A stretch of DNA of 64,000 bases. Source: a virus. Lineage: Duplodnaviria; Caudoviricetes. Shown here one piece after another: positions 1 through 7,827 of the stretch. The notes below the pieces were generated by a model. The model was not told the DNA's origin. It worked only from the letters and a program-made list of their open reading frames with translations, and made no database searches. The position numbers and the translations under genes were made by a program. Location of the stretch: positions 19,411 through 83,410 of IMG/VR virus record IMGVR_UViG_2684623128_000006; one strand, 5' to 3'. Within the stretch, counting starts at the first letter, position 1. Every line of letters starts with the position of its first letter.

Positions 1-19
1 GAATAGGGTTAAAGTTTTC

Positions 20-319
20 TTATTCTTGGTTAGCAAAGAGCTCAAGGCGTTCTTCTAAGTCATCCAGCCAAACCAGTATTTCGCTACCTTTGTGAACGTA
101 GTCGAGGTCGCTGTCTTGGATTAGTTCGGCCACATGACGCGAACACCCGTTTACTTCTGCCGCGATCGCACGGTTACTGAAATAAAAAGCACTTAGTGTG
201 TCAGTAAAATCCGTTTCGCCTGTCGCCTCGCGCATTTCCATAAGCGCTTTAATGGTCATTCGACGCAACACAATCAGTAAGTCGCCTTGAGTTGCTAAAG
301 CTAAATTTTGTTTACTCAT
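20..319 (-). CDS. hypothetical phage protein
   Basis: 99-aa ORF starting 3 nt after the ssb stop, same strand. Confidence 0.7.
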   Translation of the reverse strand: MSKQNLALATQGDLLIVLRRMTIKALMEMREATGETDFTDTLSAFYFSNRAIAAEVNGCSRHVAELIQDSDLDYVHKGSEILVWLDDLEERLELFANQE

Positions 320-322
320 CGT

Positions 323-862
323 TTAAGCCGCCACGTAACTCAGCATCTTGTAATGACGGAACTCGTTCTGGAACGGTATTTCATCGTCAAAGTCCATTGG
401 TGGCTCGCCGTATTGCTGTTGAGATTGATCCCAACCACCCTGTTGCTGTGGTGAATGCTGTGGTTGTTGAGGTTGACCCCAACCGCCTTGTTGTTGCTGG
501 CCACCAGCTCGGTTATTGCCAAGCATTTGCATCACGCCATTAAAGCCTTGAACTACTACCTCTGTGCTGTAACGGTCTTGGCCTTGCTGGTCTTTCCATT
601 TGCGAGTCTGCAATTGCCCCTCGATGTAAACTTGTGACCCTTTGCGTAGGAACTCCCCCGCCACTTCGGCCAACTTGCCGAACAACACCACTCGATGCCA
701 CTCGGTTTTTTCTCGGTTCTCCCCTGTCGCTTTATCGCGCCAAGTTTCGGATGTAGCGATCGTGATATTCGCTACTGCACCGCCATTTGGTAGGTATCGG
801 ATTTCGGGATCTGACCCCAAGTTACCAACCAGAATGACCTTGTTAATGCCTCTTGAAGCCAT
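323..862 (-). CDS. ssb: single-stranded DNA-binding protein
   Basis: [24 protein letters not shown]-fold, Q/G-rich linker, DFDDEIPF acidic tip. Confidence 0.97.
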   Translation of the reverse strand: MASRGINKVILVGNLGSDPEIRYLPNGGAVANITIATSETWRDKATGENREKTEWHRVVLFGKLAEVAGEFLRKGSQVYIEGQLQTRKWKDQQGQDRYSTEVVVQGFNGVMQMLGNNRAGGQQQQGGWGQPQQPQHSPQQQGGWDQSQQQYGEPPMDFDDEIPFQNEFRHYKMLSYVAA

Positions 863-865
863 TCG

Positions 866-1168
866 TTATTCTCCGGTATCTCTCTTTACCGCTTTGTCTC
901 TGTTAGAAATCGCATCACCAAAGAACAAATAACCCACGTCTGTACTTGTGTAGACCGCTATCAGTTCTAGGTTTTGCACCCTTGGGTTCACTTCGCCATT
1001 CTCGATTTTTCGATAAGTGTCTGGTGATAACCCGATTAACCTGCTCATTTCGAGTATGGTTAAATCTGCATGCCGTCTCGCTCGCTTGATTCGCGCTGCA
1101 CGTTGCTGTCGATACTCAAGCGATTGGATTCGAGCGGCCTGTTTAATCTTTGCGTCTCGCATTTTCAT
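866..1168 (-). CDS. XRE/Cro-family HTH transcriptional regulator
   Basis: RIKRARRHADLTILEMSRLIGLSPDTYRKIENG HTH_3 pattern; ATG at 1168 preferred as start. Confidence 0.85.
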   Translation of the reverse strand: MKMRDAKIKQAARIQSLEYRQQRAARIKRARRHADLTILEMSRLIGLSPDTYRKIENGEVNPRVQNLELIAVYTSTDVGYLFFGDAISNRDKAVKRDTGE

Positions 1169-1592
1169 AGAAGCTCTCCACTTCACTTGCTAGTCGTTCT
1201 TCCTCGGTTGTTGTCGCCTTAATCAAGGCAACGCGATATTCATGTAACCGATTCTTTGACCAATCTAGGCAGAGCTTTTGCCACTTGATAACGGCAACCG
1301 GATCGGAAAGGTCGTAACCCGTCCCAAAACAGCTACAGCACTCCCACTTGCTAAATAACGACTTGGTGTAACCAGTGCCATTGCAAGTCGGGCAGCGATC
1401 CGGCTTGTCATCCAATGTCACATCGGCATCTTGTAACCGGTTCGCCAGAGCTTCGCGTTCGTCCGTAAGCTCTATGCCCTCGAATGTATCCAGGATTGAT
1501 GGTGAGCTTTTGTCTCGCTCTCTTTGCCGTTGTTCCAGTTGAGATCGCTTAATTTCAGAAATTTTCCCACTCACCCTTAATTCCGAACACAT
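1143..1592 (-). CDS. CxxCxGxG zinc-finger protein, possible Q-like antiterminator/late regulator
   Basis: CPTCNGTG and CCSCFGTG motifs; the start must lie downstream of the promoter at 1606-1634 (ATG 1592 or GTG 1574). Confidence 0.6.
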   Translation of the reverse strand: MCSELRVSGKISEIKRSQLEQRQRERDKSSPSILDTFEGIELTDEREALANRLQDADVTLDDKPDRCPTCNGTGYTKSLFSKWECCSCFGTGYDLSDPVAVIKWQKLCLDWSKNRLHEYRVALIKATTTEEERLASEVESFYENARRKD

Positions 1593-1605
1593 CAATTTTA
1601 TTTGT

Positions 1606-1634
1606 AGTATAAACCCGCTTAAAAAACAATGCAA
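1606..1634 (-). promoter_or_regulatory. sigma70 promoter of the Zn-finger/HTH/ssb operon
   Basis: TTGCAT-17-TATACT on the minus strand; operator ATTCCGAACAC at 1580-1590 just downstream. Confidence 0.75.
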
Positions 1635-1713
1635 AAAGTATTGATACAAAAACTGAAACGATGTATTTTTGTCTCAACAAACAGGCAAACAGACTCATAT
1701 GAGGAATCAGAAA

Positions 1714-1946
1714 ATGTCAGAGAACAACAGAAAAAAGTTCACGACCAAATCCAAGCAGGCGTTAAAGAGTACATGACCAACACCTCGAACAGCGTCTTAG
1801 ACTTCGCTTTGGCCAATGCAATTAAGAGCGGTCAGAACAACCTAAATGAAATGTGTAAAATGTGGAGAACCCCAGTAGACAAGCTACTTAGCAAGTTAAA
1901 CACTTCTCTTTTCAAAGTGGATGATGATAAAATCCACCTCGCATAG
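1714..1946 (+). CDS. small hypothetical protein, possibly frameshifted near its start
   Basis: Promoter TTGATA-17-TATTTT (1641-1669) and GAGGA SD before ATG 1714, which is out of frame with the long ORF ending at 1946; followed by a terminator. Confidence 0.45.
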
Positions 1947-1981
1947 ACGGATACGTTTAGCTATCGGGATAAGAGTAATGG

Positions 1982-2012
1982 AAAGCTTCGGGGAAACTCG
2001 AAGCTTTTTTTT
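1982..2012 (+). terminator. rho-independent terminator
   Basis: AAGCTTCGGG-GAAA-CTCGAAGCTT followed by a T run. Confidence 0.8.
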
Positions 2013-2463
2013 GCCTCGAAACTTAATCCGAACGTTTAAGAGTTTAAGGCACAAAAAAGCGCCCACTAATAGATAGAACTCTCTACATTCGGAATTAATA
2101 ACAACACCAACCAGCAAAAATAAACAAACAAAAACCAACCATACCAAACAAAAATACTGTCGCTTTATAAAAAAATAAAAATTAGAAAGCATCAATCGCG
2201 AAAGCTAGTTTGAACTGATTAATCAAAAACCTCGTCCTGTTAGTTCCGAAATCACGCATTCAATTTAAAATAGCGGTATAGTGAAAAACAGATGCCATAC
2301 GTGATACCGGATCGTTTAGCATCTTATCGACGTCAAATAGTTGAGTTTAATACTGTCAACACTCAGGCTAATTGGAAATAGGTGGGCAAAAACTAGCCAA
2401 AATGATAGGAAGCTTAACCACTTAAGTTGTACGGGGAAGCATTTTTGTTTTTAACAGGATAAG

Positions 2464-2556
2464 ATGAGTTAACAGCAATATATTGAATGCGCTAACCCAT
2501 CTGCTGGAAGCGGCAACTTTCTTTTGAGGTTGGCATCAAGCAGAAAGGAAAAATGA
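2464..2556 (+). pseudogene. relic carrying a DNA methyltransferase motif I-like sequence
   Basis: ATG AGT TAA CAG... reads MS*QQYIECANPSAGSGNFLLRL; in-frame stop at codon 3. Confidence 0.35.
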
Positions 2557-2814
2557 ACATGAATTATTGGATAAAAATCTTGCTCATATCCCGATTCATG
2601 TAGAGAAATGAATATTTTTCAAAGCGTTTCTTTATGAGAAGGGAATTATCTGATAACAATGGGACATAAGGACTTGGGAGTTTTCATGCGCCTAAACCTG
2701 AAAGAGATAACCAACTCGTTTGGGCGTTTGCAAAATTAGCAAAAAGTCTGGAATACTAGGCACAACAAGACTTGGAACAAAACGTTCCCTAATAACCTTG
2801 ATTGTGTGAAGAAT

Positions 2815-2849
2815 ATAAAAAAAGGCTGGATTCGAAGAACCCAACCTTT
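2815..2849 (-). terminator. minus-strand terminator of a putative antitoxin RNA
   Basis: Minus strand AAAGGTTGG-loop-CCAGCCTTT followed by more Ts. Confidence 0.6.
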
Positions 2850-2995
2850 AATTAATTAGGAGGTAATTATGTAATCACCAACCAAGCTCGAAGCAGCTAG
2901 AAAGCTTCACTTCGTGCATACGGGCAATCAATGGTGGCCGCCATTAAAAAACCCTTGTGCGTTGTCTTTAACCATAAGCCTTTGGAGAGGTAGAT

Positions 2996-3070
2996 ATGGT
3001 CAAGTTAGTTGATCTCTTGATTGCTTTAATCAAGTTAGTCACAGCCATAGTGCAAGCACTATTCGGCTAG
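2996..3070 (+). CDS. 24-aa amphipathic type I toxin-like peptide (DinQ/TisB-like)
   Basis: GGAGAGG SD, then MVKLVDLLIALIKLVTAIVQALFG*; not in the ORF track. Confidence 0.65.
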   Translation: MVKLVDLLIALIKLVTAIVQALFG

Positions 3071-3339
3071 ACAACGTTGTCGCTCTAGAAGTACATTGTT
3101 GCTTCTAGGGCACACTTACAACTATCCAATAATTAATATTTCCTGTCAATTCGTGTTTTTGTCAAGAACTCACACAAATGCGATCGCAATTCGGTTCTGC
3201 CTGCCAAATTTACCTTTCATCGTCCATCTATCAGTTAGATTGAAAATTGACCTACCACTATTAGTTATAACACGCAGTTGTCTATAGCCAGGATCATTCA
3301 CTCATCTAAACAACAAAAACTTGTTGTGTATGTGGGAAA

Positions 3340-3780
3340 CTGTGTAAATCTTTGATTTTCCAGTTATCCACATACGCTATAAAGATCTATATTTAACTAT
3401 ATCAATCTATGAGAACTATAGAACTATAAGATCTATAGTAACCGTAACGTATTGATTTTAATTGGTTTTAACTCGTTTAAAGATCTTTTTTTAGGTCTTT
3501 AAGTAACAAGATCTAGGTTTAATTGATCATTTATTAGGTGTTTGTGATCTTCTTACAGGCTTTAGTGCTACATAATCTAGGTGAAAGTGATCATATATCA
3601 GGTGATTGGATAACAGATTTTAGGTGTGTGAGATGGTTGTATAGGAGTCTTGTCCGGTTTTTTCTACTTTCGAGTCAATGATCACGTCGAGTTCACTCCC
3701 ATATACCTAAAATGTGTCACATAGCTCATTTCAACCTAGAAAATGTCATCTATCGAGCCCTTGACCTAAAACTTGTTAGC
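3340..3780. other. iteron-type plasmid replication origin
   Basis: DnaA box TTATCCACA at 3364-3372, AT-rich GATCTAT/AACTAT repeats, 8 iteron cores (AGG[T/C/A]) at 3493, 3515, 3536, 3557, 3579, 3600, 3622, 3643 (21-22 bp period), 3 inverted copies at 3705/3734/3764, many GATC sites. Confidence 0.85.
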
Positions 3781-3782
3781 TA

Positions 3783-4859
3783 TCAGTAATCGTGTGTATC
3801 GGTTAGTTCTGAAAGGGTATCTATCTTTTCCATTAACGACTCTAATTCATGCATTCCATCATCATGCTTTTGTTGCTCTTTTTCTGAGTGTCGCTTTGAC
3901 AAGCTAGCTTCAACTTTAAGAGCGTGGTCTTCTTTACCCACATAGCGGTACGCGATGGCAAGTGATTCTAGTTCAGACTCGGTGAGTCTGACTTGGTTTT
4001 GAAGCCTTTTCAATTCAAGTTGTCTAATTGTCTTAAGAGCATCGTGTTGATTTAACTCATCAATTGAACCTAGTTTAACCCACCGGAAGAGAAACTTGAT
4101 TCCAGTAATGGTTCTACCTTTCTTTACAACCTCAAACCCCTTATCACCTTGGCTACTTTCTAAAAATAAAAGTTCTTTGCTAATCTGAGGGTGTTCAGAA
4201 AGTTCTTTAATACTTTCCCTGATACAACGTTTCATAAATACGCTGTTGTTTTTGAAGGAACTTTTATCTTTCTTCAGCTTCCCTGATTCGTCCAAAAGCC
4301 CAAATATTCCTTTCAGTTCACTAAGCTTTTGCGCATGCATTTCAAAGCCCTTGTCTTTGAAGCGACTAAGCAGTTCGTACAAGCGCTTAGAATACTCCTT
4401 TTTTACCTCAAAGAAATTGCGAGTATTAATCAGAGCAAATCCTTGATTATATTCAATATACTCAGGTTTGAGCATATCGTTAGGAACCATCGTAAGTATG
4501 CCGTGTTTATAAGCGATATGTTTAAAAAGAGGTCTATAGTCGAATTCAATATCACCTTTCGGGGTTTCCACCTTTATCCCGATTTTTCGACTAGCTAGGC
4601 GGTTCGCTACTGGACTTAAGTTGCTACCGATATGTTTAGACTCAACACCTAACCACTCTGATAATTGATGTGAAGTAAACTCATAGTGTGGTGTTTTCTG
4701 CTCCCAATCACTTGGTTTCATATGTGCAATCATCAACGCAAACATATCTGCTTCCCTAGCGGATAGATCTTGACGACTAAAGACCAGTTGATGGCCTTTT
4801 TTGATATGTTTCGGGAGGTTATCGCTTACCGCAGGGTAGAAATATTCTTCATCACTCAT
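3783..4859 (-). CDS. rep: plasmid replication initiator (Rep_3/RepB winged-helix family)
   Basis: HQLVFSRQDLS..YSKRLYELL..KKGRTITGIKF pattern; adjacent iteron array. Confidence 0.9.
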   Translation of the reverse strand: MSDEEYFYPAVSDNLPKHIKKGHQLVFSRQDLSAREADMFALMIAHMKPSDWEQKTPHYEFTSHQLSEWLGVESKHIGSNLSPVANRLASRKIGIKVETPKGDIEFDYRPLFKHIAYKHGILTMVPNDMLKPEYIEYNQGFALINTRNFFEVKKEYSKRLYELLSRFKDKGFEMHAQKLSELKGIFGLLDESGKLKKDKSSFKNNSVFMKRCIRESIKELSEHPQISKELLFLESSQGDKGFEVVKKGRTITGIKFLFRWVKLGSIDELNQHDALKTIRQLELKRLQNQVRLTESELESLAIAYRYVGKEDHALKVEASLSKRHSEKEQQKHDDGMHELESLMEKIDTLSELTDTHDY

Positions 4860-4877
4860 GCAAATGCACATCCATAA

Positions 4878-4914
4878 ATAACAAGATTTAGGTAATTATG
4901 ACACATTTTAGGTC
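4878..4914. repeat. two iterons upstream of rep (probable autorepression sites)
   Basis: ATAACAAGATTTAGGT and ATGACACATTTTAGGT match the origin iteron consensus. Confidence 0.7.
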
Positions 4915-4948
4915 ACGCATGTATAGAAATACTCACATCAAGCAGTGA

Positions 4949-5866
4949 TTACAGATACCTGACTTGTACTCGCCCGACTGCGTCACGATAGTATTCAACT
5001 AAGCCTTGAGACTCTTTCTCGGAAATGGTGTTCATGTACTCTGCTAACATGGTGGCTGTATCACGAACCTTGTTCACGCTAGCTTTCACGGCGCTTGCAG
5101 CCTTGTTGTGCCAGCTAGCAATCACAAACTTAAGGTATGACACGAACTTAGGCGCTAAAGGCTGTTGGTGCTTGTTGTACAGCTTGATAACACGACGAGC
5201 TCCTCTAGCTGATAGGCGGCCTTGCTTAGCTGCTAGTTGAAGTTGTTTTACTTCGTCAGCGTCACGTTTGAAGATCTTCAAAAACCAAGAATCAGACGGG
5301 ACACCGTTATTAATTTTATTTTTACTCTCTGTAGAGAGATCTTTTGTATTTATAGTGCCATTTTTGTTTTTGTCTGATTGCTCGCAAGCCTTGTCAGCAC
5401 TGGCCTCAAGAGGTTTTTCCACAGAAGTCCCCCCTGAGTGCCGTTTTTGTCTATTAAAACGCTTTTGTGCAGCTTGTAGCGCGTACTTGTATGCGCCAGC
5501 GAACATTTCTTGGATGGCGTCTACGCATAGAGTGATGTGACGTAGATTCTGACCTGTTGCATTGTTTGGCTTCTGTTCTCGGACAATTAAGTTCAAGTCT
5601 TCTGCTGTTTTCAGTTGTTTTTTGAGAGTGTCAAAAGTGGTTGGACGACAATCATAGCGATCGCAGTTCTCGTTGTAGACCTGTACCAATCGAGTAGTTG
5701 ATGCAAAGCAGGTATGGCCATGCTTAAGAATATGGCTTGAGATAGTTTCTAGTAGGCAAGCAAGTTTACGTTGTGCCGACGGTTTATTGGTTTTGATATT
5801 GGAGGCTTGGGTTCTGAATCCTGACTTCCAGTAGCAAGGATGCAGTAAAAGCGGTGTGTTTTGCAT
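4949..5866 (-). CDS. putative second (lytic) replication initiator, winged-helix
   Basis: CFASTTRL..TLKKQLKTAEDLNLIVRE wHTH-like N-terminus and an internal A-rich NKNGTINTKDLSTESKNKINN linker typical of phage initiators; lies in tandem with rep. Confidence 0.55.
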   Translation of the reverse strand: MQNTPLLLHPCYWKSGFRTQASNIKTNKPSAQRKLACLLETISSHILKHGHTCFASTTRLVQVYNENCDRYDCRPTTFDTLKKQLKTAEDLNLIVREQKPNNATGQNLRHITLCVDAIQEMFAGAYKYALQAAQKRFNRQKRHSGGTSVEKPLEASADKACEQSDKNKNGTINTKDLSTESKNKINNGVPSDSWFLKIFKRDADEVKQLQLAAKQGRLSARGARRVIKLYNKHQQPLAPKFVSYLKFVIASWHNKAASAVKASVNKVRDTATMLAEYMNTISEKESQGLVEYYRDAVGRVQVRYL

Positions 5867-5896
5867 AAAATTTGATCAAAAAAAAGGCGTAAAAAT

Positions 5897-5925
5897 TTGC
5901 CACCGATCTCTTTGAACGTTATACT
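5897..5925 (+). promoter_or_regulatory. sigma70 promoter of an antisense RNA
   Basis: TTGCCA-17-TATACT. Confidence 0.8.
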
Positions 5926-5931
5926 TACACC

Positions 5932-6178
5932 TGCTTTAGTGTGGTGTAATTTGTGTTAACGTTCGCTGAGATTGATGCTCAATCTAAACTGTTAAACTAA
6001 TTACTAACCATTTGAGGCATTAGTCGCCAACTAAATGTCTCGCCTGATTAGGCTTCGGTCTAATTCATTACGGCATAATGACTTTCCTTAAGTTCGTCTG
6101 TCGTGATGCTTTAAGTTAGCCGCTTAAAGCTCGATTTCAGTAAAAAAGCCCGCTCGCCAAAGCGGGCTTTTTTATTTT
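5932..6178 (+). ncRNA. ~245-nt structured RNA antisense to the leader of the 305-aa initiator
   Basis: Promoter at 5897; hairpins at 6014-6041 (CGCCAA loop), 6045-6067 (cUUCGg), 6108-6130, and a terminator hairpin at 6142-6178 with a CGCCAA loop. Confidence 0.65.
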
Positions 6179-6399
6179 CTGTTGCCCGAAATCGAATCAC
6201 TTTCTCTCTATCACGGTATCGCCATGATCTAATTACAGAAAAACTCCCCTATTATTGATCGTAAATGGTTGATCAAACAAGTCCCTGTATCAAAGCGATT
6301 CCGAACAAGGTGCGTTACCATCTGGCGCTAGAGTTTACCAAAAATTTTATCTATTTAAACTCCTTTTGGACGTGTTAATATTCCGAACACGCCGAATTT

Positions 6400-6408
6400 T
6401 GTGGATAA
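6400..6408 (-). promoter_or_regulatory. DnaA box
   Basis: TGTGGATAA, the reverse complement of TTATCCACA. Confidence 0.6.
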
Positions 6409-6415
6409 CTCTGTG

Positions 6416-6769
6416 ATGAAATTTACTCCCCCACCAAGTGCTGAACAGCAATTAGAAACTCAAGTTAACCAATTAAAACAACAATTTAAGCGCCGACAGT
6501 TCCCGAAAAAGAACGCCCCAGCGCTACCGTTGGATTTGTTAGTAACAATCTCAGGTTGCACCTTTGGTTTGCATAGCCAAAAAGACGGTAGACTCGTTCT
6601 AAAGGCCGATAAGGCGATTAACTTTGATAAGGGTGTCAATGTGTTGCGCTCAGTGTCGTATATTGCTGGCGCGCGAGATAGCGTATCTATCGCTGGTTGG
6701 GACTGGCGACCAACGCACTTCAAGAAAGATAAACTCTACTTGCGTCCTGTCGCGCCTAGTGATTTATAA
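6416..6769 (+). CDS. hypothetical protein
   Basis: ~117-122-aa ORF flanked by operator motifs; start uncertain. Confidence 0.6.
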   Translation: MKFTPPPSAEQQLETQVNQLKQQFKRRQFPKKNAPALPLDLLVTISGCTFGLHSQKDGRLVLKADKAINFDKGVNVLRSVSYIAGARDSVSIAGWDWRPTHFKKDKLYLRPVAPSDL

Positions 6770-6860
6770 AATTCCGAATTGGCCACCAGCATTTTCGATT
6801 TAATTGAGTGTTTTTTGTACTTAATTACTAATCGCTGGTGGCGCTTTTTAATTGATCAAC

Positions 6861-7814
6861 TTATTGGAATTTTCGTGATGAAGATCCGAAGTTGACGAAT
6901 TGCTGTTTAATTTGAGGGGCAACACTCACTTTTTGCTCTACTGGAACGTAGCTATTTGTCGGTAAAGTTGCCATTTTTCGGGAACCTAGCGACTCAAACA
7001 TGGCTCGCACCACTTGATGATCTTCTTTGGTGGCCATGTTGGCGATCGCTTTGCGCTGCGCATCGGTTACATAGATAGGTAAAGAGTCCACAACATCAAG
7101 CAGCATCGAGGTTGCCTTAGCGTTTTGCTCTACCTTTTCACGCAACTCTGCATTCACGCTTTCTAGGTACATAAGCTGGTTAGTAAGATCACCGACAAGC
7201 TCAACATTGGTCTGTTGAGTCATGTTCGCGTAGATATTACGCGCGGATTCCTCATCAAAACCTTGTTCCTGTAGCGATTCGAGGATCATTTGCTTGCTGT
7301 TCGCACTTTCCATCATCATGGCCGGATGGTCTAGGCTGATATAGTTCGGCTGCAACACGTAGTCCATACCGTGATATGAAGTCGTGATCGATGCCTCGCG
7401 TGTATCTTGGCCACCAGTCGCCCAACTCCAACCACCAGCACGGCTATTGTGCAAACCTAAAGCGATACGGCCTGTATCGGTATCTAAAAACTCTTGAGTG
7501 TGTTCAACAATACCGTCATCTGAACAGGTGATAGAGACTGTGCGGTTAGATGGCACGTTTTCTACCACAACCGGACGACCATTAATCATGATCACCTCAG
7601 TTTCACCGATTGAGAGCTTATTAGCGCGTTGGCGGGATTGATGGCCATAGTAACCATACGCTTCGCCTAGTCGTAATAGCTCTTGAGTTCGTGGGCTGTT
7701 GATCATCGCTTGCACGGCTTTGATGATGTAATTGCGCTTGTTGGCGCTAAGTTTTCGACCGTCATTGAATAGGCTGAAACGGTCGGATACTTGTTTAAGT
7801 GCTTTTGCTGTCAC
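6861..7814 (-). CDS. pro: head-processing (prohead) protease, P1 Pro-like
   Basis: GEAYGYYGH..R, GGWSWATGG, GMDYV motifs; directly downstream of the portal gene as in P1. Confidence 0.85.
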   Translation of the reverse strand: MTAKALKQVSDRFSLFNDGRKLSANKRNYIIKAVQAMINSPRTQELLRLGEAYGYYGHQSRQRANKLSIGETEVIMINGRPVVVENVPSNRTVSITCSDDGIVEHTQEFLDTDTGRIALGLHNSRAGGWSWATGGQDTREASITTSYHGMDYVLQPNYISLDHPAMMMESANSKQMILESLQEQGFDEESARNIYANMTQQTNVELVGDLTNQLMYLESVNAELREKVEQNAKATSMLLDVVDSLPIYVTDAQRKAIANMATKEDHQVVRAMFESLGSRKMATLPTNSYVPVEQKVSVAPQIKQQFVNFGSSSRKFQ

Positions 7815-7827
7815 TTTCTTTTCTCCA

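Noticed and set aside
1896-2195. Hydrophobic 99-aa minus-strand ORF as an exclusion protein
   Set aside because: Derives from A/C-rich low-complexity sequence, crosses a terminator and an operator, and has no clear SD; cannot be supported
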